Of a stretch of DNA of 64,000 bases, positions 38,456-47,504 are shown one piece after another (position 1 is the first letter of the stretch; each line of letters starts with the position of its first letter). Origin of the DNA: Candidatus Onthovivens sp. Lineage in GTDB: Bacteria; Bacillota_I; Bacilli_A; RFN20; CAG-826. A program made the position numbers and the translations under genes. The stretch spans positions 281-64,280 of the forward strand of contig DAIODM010000001.1 of the NCBI GenBank assembly GCA_036746835.1. The letters are read 5' to 3'. The notes below the pieces were generated by a model. The model was not told where the DNA came from, made no database searches, and was given only the letters and a program-made list of their open reading frames with translations.

Positions 38456-38563
38456 ATGAAATGAAAACTTTCTGAAAATAATTTTCAAAATCAAAAAAAG
38501 TGCTTTTTTTCTATGTAAAAAATAGCGATAATTTGCTACAATTATGGAAGTTGAGGTACATAT

Positions 38564-40537
38564 ATGGCACAAGGTATTTTGTCAGATTATTTACAAGGTC
38601 AAACAATTGAGGCTTTTAATTATTTTGGTGCGCATTTTGAAAGACAAAGTGTAGAAACAATAGTGGATATTCCTTTAAAGAAAGATCCATCTAAAACTAA
38701 AAAAGCTGCCACAATGAAAATGGTTGATGGCGTTGTATTTAGACTTTATGCTCCGCTTGCGAGTGATGTTTCAGTTATTGGTGATTTTAATAATTGGGAT
38801 GTTGGCGCAAATAAGATGAAAAAGATTGATGATAGCGGTGTTTATGAAGTTTTTATTCCAAACTTACATAATTATGCTTTCTATAAATATCATTTTAGAA
38901 ATTGTAATGGGGAATACGTTGATAAGGCTGATCCATTCGCTTTCTTTAGTGAATATAGACCAGGTAGTTGTTCTAGATTATTTAATATAAATGGATTTAT
39001 TTGGCATGATAGACCATATTTACAAAGTCGTAATCGTAACTTTGATCGTCCAATGTCTATTTACGAAATGCATCTTGGAAGTTGGAAAGGCAAAGTTGAT
39101 GGAAGATTCTTATCTTACGAAGAAATCGCTGATTATTTGATTCCTTATCTTAAAGATTTAGGTTATACACATATTGAAATTATGCCTATTACTCAATATC
39201 CATTTGAAGGAAGTTGGGGATATCAAGCAACAGGATTCTATAGTGTTGATTCAACTTATGGTAATCCAATGCAATTGATGTCTTTTGTTGATAGAATGCA
39301 TCAAGCTGGTTTAGGTGTAATTTTAGATTTTGCTCCAGTTCATTTTGCAGTTGATAGTTGGGCTATTAATCATTTTGATGGTAGTTGCCAATATGAATAC
39401 AATAATGAACACACTTATTCTCAATGGGGAAGTCTTCAATTTGATCTTGGAAAAGATCCAGTAAGAAGCTTCTTGATGTCTGCAATGAATTATTTCATTG
39501 AATATTTCCATATGGATGGAATTCGTGTCGATGCAGTCAGTAATATTATTTATTGGGATGGAAATAAATTTAATGGAGAAAATACTGGTGCGACCGAATT
39601 TATTCGTCGTTTGAATGGTAAAATTCATTATGCACATCCTGATGTTATGATGATTGCTGAAGATAGTACTGATTTTAATGGAACGACAAGACCTCTTGAA
39701 TATGGTGGTTTAGGTTTTGATTATAAGTGGGATCTTGGTTGGATGAACGATACATTAAAATATTATTCTAAAGATCCAATCTACAAAAAATGGGAACATA
39801 ATAAATTAACCTTTTCAATGATGTATTTTTATAGCGATAATTTCTTATTACCATTAAGTCATGATGAAGTTGTCCATGGTAAAGGAACTATTATTAATAA
39901 AATGTTTGGTGATTACGATACTAAATTTGCTTTAATTCGTAATTTATATACTTATCAATTTGGTCATCCAGGAAAGAAACTTAATTTCATGGGTAATGAA
40001 TTAGCTTCTTTTGATGAATGGAACGAGAAAAAATCATTACCATGGGAGCTTAAACGTTTCCCAAAACATGATTCAATTACTCGTCTTGTTCGTGATTTAA
40101 ACTTAATTTATGCTCACGAAGATGCAATGCATGTTGAAGAATATAATCCAGTTCACTTTAATTGGTTAATGGTTAATAATTCTAACGATAGTGTCTACGC
40201 TTTTGAACGTAGAGTTGGTGATTCACATCTTGTATTTGTTTACAATATGACTCCAAATTATTATGAATCTTATGATATTGGTGTCACTCGTGAAGGAACT
40301 TACGAAGAAATATTTAATAGTGATAAAGATGTTTATGGTGGAACAAATTCATATAATGGTCTTCCATTAATGAGTTACTATTATGGACCAGAAAATAAGC
40401 CACATAAGATTTGTGTCAAAATGGCTGGATATGCTGCTATGATTTTTAAGTATTCACATAAAAATGGTGAAGATCCAAATGTGAAAAAAGATGAATCAAA
40501 AGCTAACGATAAACAAACTGAAGTTATTAAAAAATAA
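38564..40537 (+). CDS. glgB: 1,4-alpha-glucan branching enzyme
   Basis: 657 aa with a CBM48-like region (VFRLYAP...VIGDFNNWD). GH13 regions are DFAPVHF, DGIRVDAVSN, IAEDST and LSHDEV. Confidence 0.93.
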   Translation: MAQGILSDYLQGQTIEAFNYFGAHFERQSVETIVDIPLKKDPSKTKKAATMKMVDGVVFRLYAPLASDVSVIGDFNNWDVGANKMKKIDDSGVYEVFIPNLHNYAFYKYHFRNCNGEYVDKADPFAFFSEYRPGSCSRLFNINGFIWHDRPYLQSRNRNFDRPMSIYEMHLGSWKGKVDGRFLSYEEIADYLIPYLKDLGYTHIEIMPITQYPFEGSWGYQATGFYSVDSTYGNPMQLMSFVDRMHQAGLGVILDFAPVHFAVDSWAINHFDGSCQYEYNNEHTYSQWGSLQFDLGKDPVRSFLMSAMNYFIEYFHMDGIRVDAVSNIIYWDGNKFNGENTGATEFIRRLNGKIHYAHPDVMMIAEDSTDFNGTTRPLEYGGLGFDYKWDLGWMNDTLKYYSKDPIYKKWEHNKLTFSMMYFYSDNFLLPLSHDEVVHGKGTIINKMFGDYDTKFALIRNLYTYQFGHPGKKLNFMGNELASFDEWNEKKSLPWELKRFPKHDSITRLVRDLNLIYAHEDAMHVEEYNPVHFNWLMVNNSNDSVYAFERRVGDSHLVFVYNMTPNYYESYDIGVTREGTYEEIFNSDKDVYGGTNSYNGLPLMSYYYGPENKPHKICVKMAGYAAMIFKYSHKNGEDPNVKKDESKANDKQTEVIKK

Positions 40538-40564
40538 TAATTAATAGTAAATGGAGGATAGAGA

Positions 40565-42991
40565 ATGTTTACTAATAAAGATGAATTCAAAAATGAGTTT
40601 TTAGAGCGTCTTGCTGAAAAATATGGTAAGGCTCCTGCAGAAGCTCACATTTTAGAACAATATGATATTTTAGGCGAAATTGTTCGTGATTATGCTGGTA
40701 GTGATTGGCGTAATACTCGTGAATACATTTTAAAAACCGATGAAAAACAATTAATTTATTTTTCAATGGAGTTTTTAATTGGTAGATTAATGACTAGTAA
40801 TATGATGAACTTAGGTATTTATTCTATCTGCAAAGATGGATTAAATGATTTAGGTATCGATATTGGTCAACTCGAAGATGTTGAAGCTGATGCTGGTTTA
40901 GGAAATGGTGGATTAGGTCGATTAGCAGCTTGTTTTCTTGATAGTATAGCTTCTTTAGGATATGTCGGACATGGAAACTGCATTCGATATGAATATGGAT
41001 TCTTTAAACAAAAAATCGTTGATGAGAAACAAGTAGAATTACCAGATCAATGGTTAACAAATGGTTATGTTTGGGAAATTAGAAAACCAAAACATGCTGT
41101 TGAAGTTAGTTTCTATGGAAATGCAGAAACTTATCTTAAACCAGATGGCGGATATGGAATTAGAACTGTTGGTGCAACAAAAGTATTAGCTATGCCTTAT
41201 GATGTTTCAGTCGTTGGTTATCGTAATAATTTAGCTAACTCTTTAAGACTTTGGAGTGCTGAACCATCAACAAGTGACCTTCCAAGTAATGTTTCATTTG
41301 AAGATTATTTAACTACTTTAAAGGAATTATGCCATGGATTATATCCTGATGATTCAACTGAACATGGTAAATTATTAAGATTACGCCAACAATATTTCTT
41401 TGTTAGTGCTGGTCTTCAATCATTAATGAGAGGTTTCTTAAGAAGACATGGAACTCTTGATGATTTTGCTAAAAAAACTGTTTTCCAATTAAATGATACC
41501 CATCCAATTTTAGCTATTCCTGAAATGATGAGATTATTAATGGATGAATATGGTTATGGTTGGGATGAAGCTTGGAAGCAAGTAACTAGTTGTTTTGCTT
41601 ATACAAATCATACTATTATGCCTGAAGCACTTGAAAAATGGCCAACTCAATATATTCAACGTTTAGTTCCACGTTGCTATATGATTATTGAAGAAATTAA
41701 TCGTCGAATGTTTATTTGGATGAGCCAAAAAGGCTGTAGTGATGCTGAAAAAGACAATATGATGATTATTAAAGATGGCTTTGTTAGAATGACAAATCTT
41801 GCTGTTTATTGTGCATATAGTGTTAATGGTGTTGCAGCAATTCATACAGATATTCTTGAAAAGAATACATTTAAAGAATTCTATAAATATTTCCCTGATA
41901 AGTTCCACAATGAAACTAATGGTGTAACTCATCGTCGTTGGTTAATGTATGCAAACCCTGAGCTTAGTGATTTAATCACTAGCAAGATTGGAAATTCATG
42001 GATCAAAGATCCTGAAAAAGGTTTACTTAAACTCTTAGATTATAAAGATGATAAGGATACTCTTGATGCTTTAATGAAAGTCAAAGAGAACAACAAAATT
42101 GCTCTTGCAAAATACATTAAAGATAATTATGGAATTGTTGTCGATACTAAATCAATCTTTGATGTTCAAGTTAAGAGATTACACGCTTATAAACGTCAAT
42201 TAATGAATGTTTTCAAGATTATTTCTCTTTATTACGACATTAAAGCTGATCCTCAACACTTTAAGATGGTTCCTCATACTTATATTTTTGGTGCAAAAGC
42301 TGCTCCAAGTTATGTATTTGCAAAGGAAATTATCGAATTAATCAATGCTGTTGCTAAAGTTGTGAATAATGATCCACAAGTTAATAAATTCATGCAAATT
42401 GTTTTTATGACAAATTATGGTGTATCAATGGCTGAAAAGATTATTCCTGCAAGCGATATAAGTGAACAAATTTCAACTGCTGGAAAAGAAGCAAGTGGTA
42501 CCAGTAACATGAAGCTTATGATGAATGGTGCTCTTACTCTTGGAACTTTAGATGGTGCAAATGTTGAAATTAGCGATAAAGTTGGTAAAGATAATTGCTT
42601 CATTTTTGGTCTTAAAGTAAAAGATATTGAAAAGATTAAACGTGATGGCAGTTATAGCGCATGGGATGAATATAATAGCAATATTAAATTAAGAAAAGTA
42701 CTTGATAGTTTATTTAATGGTCCATGGTGTGAAGATATTCCAGATAGATTTAAAGGAATCTTTAATGAAATCATGAATCATAACGATGAATACTTTATTT
42801 TCAAAGATTTTGATGCGTATTTATTAGAATCTAAGAAAATTGAAAACTATTATCTTGACCAAAAAGCTTGGGCGACGAGCTGCTTAATTAATATCGCTGA
42901 ATCTGGATATTTCTCAAGCGATCGTACAATTGAAGGGTATAACAAAGATATTTGGCATCTAAATAAAATCGATATGTCTTTGATTAAGTAA
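40565..42991 (+). CDS. glgP: glycogen/maltodextrin phosphorylase
   Basis: 808 aa GT35 protein with GLGNGGLGRLAACF and the PLP-lysine motif EASGTSNMK. Confidence 0.95.
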   Translation: MFTNKDEFKNEFLERLAEKYGKAPAEAHILEQYDILGEIVRDYAGSDWRNTREYILKTDEKQLIYFSMEFLIGRLMTSNMMNLGIYSICKDGLNDLGIDIGQLEDVEADAGLGNGGLGRLAACFLDSIASLGYVGHGNCIRYEYGFFKQKIVDEKQVELPDQWLTNGYVWEIRKPKHAVEVSFYGNAETYLKPDGGYGIRTVGATKVLAMPYDVSVVGYRNNLANSLRLWSAEPSTSDLPSNVSFEDYLTTLKELCHGLYPDDSTEHGKLLRLRQQYFFVSAGLQSLMRGFLRRHGTLDDFAKKTVFQLNDTHPILAIPEMMRLLMDEYGYGWDEAWKQVTSCFAYTNHTIMPEALEKWPTQYIQRLVPRCYMIIEEINRRMFIWMSQKGCSDAEKDNMMIIKDGFVRMTNLAVYCAYSVNGVAAIHTDILEKNTFKEFYKYFPDKFHNETNGVTHRRWLMYANPELSDLITSKIGNSWIKDPEKGLLKLLDYKDDKDTLDALMKVKENNKIALAKYIKDNYGIVVDTKSIFDVQVKRLHAYKRQLMNVFKIISLYYDIKADPQHFKMVPHTYIFGAKAAPSYVFAKEIIELINAVAKVVNNDPQVNKFMQIVFMTNYGVSMAEKIIPASDISEQISTAGKEASGTSNMKLMMNGALTLGTLDGANVEISDKVGKDNCFIFGLKVKDIEKIKRDGSYSAWDEYNSNIKLRKVLDSLFNGPWCEDIPDRFKGIFNEIMNHNDEYFIFKDFDAYLLESKKIENYYLDQKAWATSCLINIAESGYFSSDRTIEGYNKDIWHLNKIDMSLIK

Positions 42992-42994
42992 TTT

Positions 42995-43026
42995 AAAAAA
43001 GATGAACGTTATTGTTCATCTTTTTT
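42995..43026. terminator. bidirectional terminator between glgP and the convergent membrane-protein gene
   Basis: GATGAAC (43001-43007) pairs with GTTCATC (43014-43020), flanked by an A-run and a T-run. It overlaps the last codons of the minus-strand ORF. Confidence 0.75.
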
Positions 43027-43542
43027 ATTTGTAATACTTCTAAATGGTAATGGAATTTTTTGGAATGCTTTTAGCAATAAATACGCTAGTAGTGAACCAG
43101 TATATCCTTGGATTAAATCAAATAATGAAGAAATATAAGCATATTTAATATCGAATAAAACACAATAAGCTACAAAATAAGTAAGAATCATAAATGTAGC
43201 TGAAATTGGTAATGCAATATACTTAAGATGTTTTTTGTTACGTAATAAATAGTAAAGACCGAAGGCTATTAAGGCTTCAAGACCTTTAGCAACGATAGTA
43301 AATGGTACAAATACACCATTTGATCCACTTAATAAATCAGCTACGACGCATCCTGCAATTCCAGCAATTAATCCCTCAAGCGGCCCAATATAAATAGCAG
43401 TGAACATGATTAAGGCATCACTCAAATTAAAATAACCACCATTAGAATATGGTATTGCCAAAAATTGGGTTGCTAAGTAAACAAGAGCCATCATTAAGGC
43501 CGTTAAAGAAATACGATAAATCATTTCTTTAGTTTTAGTCAT
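43009..43542 (-). CDS. small polytopic membrane protein, ECF-transporter S-component-like (substrate unknown)
   Basis: 177 aa with ~5-6 TM segments and a composition and length typical of ECF S components. Its ATG overlaps the upstream stop (TAATG). Confidence 0.5.
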   Translation of the reverse strand: MTKTKEMIYRISLTALMMALVYLATQFLAIPYSNGGYFNLSDALIMFTAIYIGPLEGLIAGIAGCVVADLLSGSNGVFVPFTIVAKGLEALIAFGLYYLLRNKKHLKYIALPISATFMILTYFVAYCVLFDIKYAYISSLFDLIQGYTGSLLAYLLLKAFQKIPLPFRSITNKKDEQ

Positions 43543-44420
43543 TATTTTTCTTCTTTTTTATTCATTGATTCAGTATAAATCTGATATTCTGACTTCTCGG
43601 TATTGTTATGATTGTAGCGTGGTTTATCGTATGATGAATGTCCGCTATAATTTCTATTATAGTTTGAATTATATCTAGGTCTTGAGTTATATGATGAATG
43701 TTCATTACGATCATGTGAATATGACGAATGCTCTCCATAACTTGGTTTATTTCCATAAGATCTTCTATTACTATAACCAGTTCTTGAATCATCTTTAGTA
43801 TAAGAACCTTTATTGTATGATTTGTGGTAGGAGTTGTGATCAAAACGATTTTGACTCTTGCGTTCTTCATAAATCTTTTTATTAGCAATACGAGAATATT
43901 CGGCATTCTTTTCTTCTTTTTCTTTACGAATAGCTTCTCTTTCTTGAATTGCTTTTTCTTTTTCTTCAAAAATTTGTTTTTGAGTTTTATCAATTAATTG
44001 TTCAACTTCATCGATTGTAACACATTGGACACCAAGAGCAGTTAAAGCTCTAGTGGTGATGCCTTGACCATCGATTAAAGTACCATTAAATCTTCCATTA
44101 TAAATTTGTTTAACTCCACAAGATGGGGATTTATCAGCTAAAACAGCTTTTCTTATATGGAAATATTTAACAATATTTAACACATCATCTCGACCTTTTT
44201 CAAAATATTTAGTAACATCTTTACCTTTATTACTAACGACAGTGTCTCCTCTAACTTCGCTAGGATCACGAGGAGTTGTCATTCCACCGAATTGTTCAGG
44301 ACAAATAGGAACAATATCAAAATGTTCTCTTAAAAATTTTATATTATCGTTATAATTACCTTTTCCATCATAACGACATTTATCGCCTAATAAGCAAGCA
44401 CTTACAATAATAGTTTCCAT
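43542..44420 (-). CDS. DUF523 (TudS-like) protein with a long low-complexity C-terminal tail
   Basis: The ATG at 44420 has an AAGAGGG RBS; the track start at 44441 is a TTG. The N-terminus IIVSACLLGDKCRYDG with further Cys in PICPE and SPSCG is typical of DUF523. Residues ~150-292 form a charged helix followed by a S/Y/N/R/H-rich repeat region. Confidence 0.7.
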   Translation of the reverse strand: METIIVSACLLGDKCRYDGKGNYNDNIKFLREHFDIVPICPEQFGGMTTPRDPSEVRGDTVVSNKGKDVTKYFEKGRDDVLNIVKYFHIRKAVLADKSPSCGVKQIYNGRFNGTLIDGQGITTRALTALGVQCVTIDEVEQLIDKTQKQIFEEKEKAIQEREAIRKEKEEKNAEYSRIANKKIYEERKSQNRFDHNSYHKSYNKGSYTKDDSRTGYSNRRSYGNKPSYGEHSSYSHDRNEHSSYNSRPRYNSNYNRNYSGHSSYDKPRYNHNNTEKSEYQIYTESMNKKEEK

Positions 44421-44472
44421 TTGAACCCTCTTTGCTTTCAATATTATAAAGATTTCTTTATAATATTTCTAT

Positions 44473-45114
44473 ATGAAAAGAGAGACGATCTTAAATATAA
44501 ATGGTATTGACTATGAGGCAACCATAGAATATAAGGCTACAAATTACATAAAATATAGGCTCCAAGACAATAAAATTGTTATTCGCTGTCCTTATTTTAT
44601 TAGCAAAGATTATTTAGTTGATCTTATTGAAAAGAAAGGCTTTAAACATTCAAAAAATAATAAAATTCATCCTTTTGGTACCGATTATTGTTATATTTAT
44701 GGCACAAAAGAAAAAATTGATGGTGGATTTATTAATATAGATGGTCATTTTGTTCTATTTAATAAAGATACATTTTATAAAGACATTAATAAATATTTTA
44801 GTGATTACATTACAAGTAGAATAAGATATTATGAAAATTTGATGGGAATTGATGTTCCTTACAAGATTACCTGTAGACTTGTTTCTACTAGATATGGAAG
44901 CAATAGTAAAAGAACTCATCATATAACAATGAATTGCTATCTTGTTCATTTTTCAAAAGATATAATAGATGCAATAGTTGTTCATGAATTAGCTCATAAT
45001 TTCTATTATGATCATTCAAAAAACTTTTATGATTATATTTATAGATTTTGTCCAAATTATAAAGAGTTACATAAAAATTTAAGACTTGGAAATTTTGAAG
45101 GAGTGGAAAAATAG
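44473..45114 (+). CDS. YgjP-like metal-dependent hydrolase (DUF45, HExxH)
   Basis: 213 aa with VVHELAHNFYYDHSKNFY near the C-terminus, as in the YgjP/DUF45 family. Confidence 0.65.
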   Translation: MKRETILNINGIDYEATIEYKATNYIKYRLQDNKIVIRCPYFISKDYLVDLIEKKGFKHSKNNKIHPFGTDYCYIYGTKEKIDGGFINIDGHFVLFNKDTFYKDINKYFSDYITSRIRYYENLMGIDVPYKITCRLVSTRYGSNSKRTHHITMNCYLVHFSKDIIDAIVVHELAHNFYYDHSKNFYDYIYRFCPNYKELHKNLRLGNFEGVEK

Positions 45115-45116
45115 TA

Positions 45117-45869
45117 ATGATTCAGTATATAACTAGTAGAAAAAATAAAATTGTAGGAGATACTATTGATTTAAGAAAAAATAGTGTTTCACTTGAAAAA
45201 AAGCTCTTTGTCATTGAAGGTGAACATCTTCTTGAGATGGCACTTAAAAGTAAAAATATTTTGTATGTTCTAACCAACAAACATTTAAACAATATACCAG
45301 ATGAAATTGATCAATATATTGTAACTGATGATATTCTTTCAAAAATAAGTGTGAGCAAATCAGCTCCAAGTGTAATTGCGGTTTGCAAATATATAAATGA
45401 ATCAATTAAAGAGGATCAAAACATAATTTATCTTGATAATGTCCAAGATCCAGGAAATTTAGGAACTATTTTAAGAAGTTCATTAGCTTTTGGTGTATTT
45501 AATGTATTGATAAGTAATAATAGCGTTAATAAATATAATGAAAAAGCAATTCAAGCGTCACAAGGCTCTCTTTTTAGTTTAAACATTGAGTCTTGTAATA
45601 CAAATAAACTTATTGATTTAAAGAAGAAAGGATACAAAATTATAGTTACTTTACTTGATCTAGAAGCTATAAAATTGTCTTCTTTCAATTTTTCTAAAAA
45701 TGAAAAGTATGTAATTGTTTTTGGAAATGAAGGGCAAGGAGTTAGTAAAGATGTGATTGCTCTTGCTGATAAGAAAGTATTCATTGAAATGGATAATATT
45801 GATTCGCTTAATGTTGGTGTAGCTGCATCAATATGCTTATATAAATTGAAAGTTGATTTAAATAAATAG
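45117..45869 (+). CDS. TrmH/SpoU-family RNA 2'-O-methyltransferase (YsgA-like)
   Basis: SpoU motifs LDNVQDPGNLGTILRS, VIVFGNEGQGVS and SLNVGVAASICLY. It sits upstream of pheST, as ysgA does in Bacillus. Confidence 0.8.
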   Translation: MIQYITSRKNKIVGDTIDLRKNSVSLEKKLFVIEGEHLLEMALKSKNILYVLTNKHLNNIPDEIDQYIVTDDILSKISVSKSAPSVIAVCKYINESIKEDQNIIYLDNVQDPGNLGTILRSSLAFGVFNVLISNNSVNKYNEKAIQASQGSLFSLNIESCNTNKLIDLKKKGYKIIVTLLDLEAIKLSSFNFSKNEKYVIVFGNEGQGVSKDVIALADKKVFIEMDNIDSLNVGVAASICLYKLKVDLNK

Positions 45870-45944
45870 TTGTTGATTAATGCATAAAAATATAAGAATT
45901 TGCTTAATTTTTAATGCCTTTTTAACTTTTTAATGATATTATAA

Positions 45945-46146
45945 AAGAGCGTTGAGAAGGAGTAGTAATAAGATTATTAACTTCTAGGGATGAGTGAATA
46001 GTGCAACCACTCAAGCTAATACTTATGAAATTCACCTTTGAGCAGGTTTGATGAACCCGTTTTCTATACGTTATTAGAACAATTAAGAACACATGGAATT
46101 AGGATGGTACCGCGAAGAAATTCGCTCCTAACTAATTCTTTTTTTG
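45945..46146 (+). promoter_or_regulatory. T-box leader, Phe specifier (UUC)
   Basis: The stem I start is AGAGCGUUGAGAAGGAGUAGUA. The specifier context is GAAA-UUC-A, with TTC at 46031-46033. The T-box AATTAGGATGGTACCGCG lies at 46097-46114, and the terminator ends in a T-run at 46138-46145. Confidence 0.85.
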
Positions 46147-46165
46147 TTCAAAAAGGAGAAAAAAT

Positions 46166-46426
46166 ATGAGTGAGAAACTCGAATACAAATTTGATACTCA
46201 ATTACTAATTAATGGAAAAGGCCTTAATGAAGACGAAATTAATGATTATATTACCACGCATTTTAAAGGCGATTGCTTAATTGCTGTTGGTGATGATACA
46301 TTAATCAAAATCCATTTTCATACAAATGAACCTTGGAAAATCTTAGAATATGGCCAATCTATTGGTGATATTAGTGATGTTGTTGTTGAAAATATGCAAA
46401 GACAATCTGATGGCTTAAAAGGCTAA
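46166..46426 (+). CDS. free-standing domain resembling the middle domain of fatty-acid kinase FakA / DAK2-fusion protein YloV
   Basis: 86 aa with a strong AAAGGAG RBS. GDCLIAVGDDTLIKIHFHTNEPWKILEYGQSIGDISDVVVENMQRQ parallels, from memory, FakA/YloV GDSLLV..DE.VKVHVHTE.PG.V...G..YGEL...K.ENMREQH. Confidence 0.55.
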   Translation: MSEKLEYKFDTQLLINGKGLNEDEINDYITTHFKGDCLIAVGDDTLIKIHFHTNEPWKILEYGQSIGDISDVVVENMQRQSDGLKG

Positions 46427-46454
46427 TTTGTTTTTGATTAGGAGATTATAAAGT

Positions 46455-47501
46455 ATGGCAGAGGAAAATAACGTCAAAGAGATTGTAGATAATGCCGTTC
46501 AAGACATATCTAAATCAAGCTCTTTAGATGAATTAAATGAATGTCGAAATAAGTATCTTTCAAAAAAAGGACTTATTTCTAATTTAATGTTAAAAATGAA
46601 AGAATTATCCATTGAACAAAAAAAGGAATATGGAAAAGTTGTTAATGATGCAAAAGTAAGGATTGAATCTTTAATTAATTCTAAAATTGAAGAAGAGAAA
46701 TCAAAGCTTCTGGAAAAAGAATTAGCAAAAGATACGATTGATATAACATTACCTGGTAACAATTTAGATGAAGGTGCTGAAAATCCATTTTATAAAGTTA
46801 TTCGCGATGTAGAGGATATTTTTATTGGAATGGGCTATTCAGTTGAAGAAGGTCCAGAAGTAGTGTCAGATGAATTTAACTTCGAACTTGTAAATATTCC
46901 AAAAGACCATCCAGCACGTGAGATGCAAGATAGTTTTTATATCGATGATAATTTACTCTTAAGAACACAAACTTCCTCTATGCAGCCAACAATTATGCGT
47001 TTATCTAAAGGCAAACCAATTAAGGTTATTTGCCCAGGCAAATGCTATAGAAGAGATGATGATGATTTAACTCATAGCCATCAATTTGCACAAATTGAAG
47101 GCCTTGTTATCGATAAAAACATTAATTTAGGTAACTTAAAAGGAACTCTTGAGTTATTTGCTAAATCAATGTTCTCAAAAGATAGTAAAGTTAGATTTAG
47201 ACCTTCATATTTCCCATTTACTGAACCATCGGTTGAAGTTGATATTTCTTGCTTCAAATGTCATGGAAAAGGTTGTCCAACTTGCAAGGGTAGTGGATGG
47301 ATTGAAATATTAGGAGCAGGAATGGTACATCCTAATGTTTTAAAGATGAATGGATATGATCCAGAAGTATATTCTGGTTTCGCTTTTGGTGTTGGTATTG
47401 ATCGAGTTGCTATGCTTAGATATGGAATTGATGATGTTCGTAGAATTTATCAAAATGATATTAGATTTATCGATCAATTCAAAAAGAAAGATGAGGATTA
47501 A
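46455..47501 (+). CDS. pheS: phenylalanine--tRNA ligase alpha subunit
   Basis: 348 aa with class II motifs and the Firmicutes-type CFKCHGKGCPTCKGSGWIEILGAGMVHP segment. Confidence 0.95.
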   Translation: MAEENNVKEIVDNAVQDISKSSSLDELNECRNKYLSKKGLISNLMLKMKELSIEQKKEYGKVVNDAKVRIESLINSKIEEEKSKLLEKELAKDTIDITLPGNNLDEGAENPFYKVIRDVEDIFIGMGYSVEEGPEVVSDEFNFELVNIPKDHPAREMQDSFYIDDNLLLRTQTSSMQPTIMRLSKGKPIKVICPGKCYRRDDDDLTHSHQFAQIEGLVIDKNINLGNLKGTLELFAKSMFSKDSKVRFRPSYFPFTEPSVEVDISCFKCHGKGCPTCKGSGWIEILGAGMVHPNVLKMNGYDPEVYSGFAFGVGIDRVAMLRYGIDDVRRIYQNDIRFIDQFKKKDED

Positions 47502-47504
47502 TCT

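Noticed and set aside
43562-43993. 143-aa same-strand alternative-frame ORF across the DUF523 tail region
   Set aside because: The reading frame stays open only because the underlying sequence is repetitive and AT-rich. The translation is Lys/Ile/His-rich low complexity with no RBS. The main frame is continuous with the DUF523 domain. The frame should be revisited only if reads suggest a frameshift near 43950-44000.
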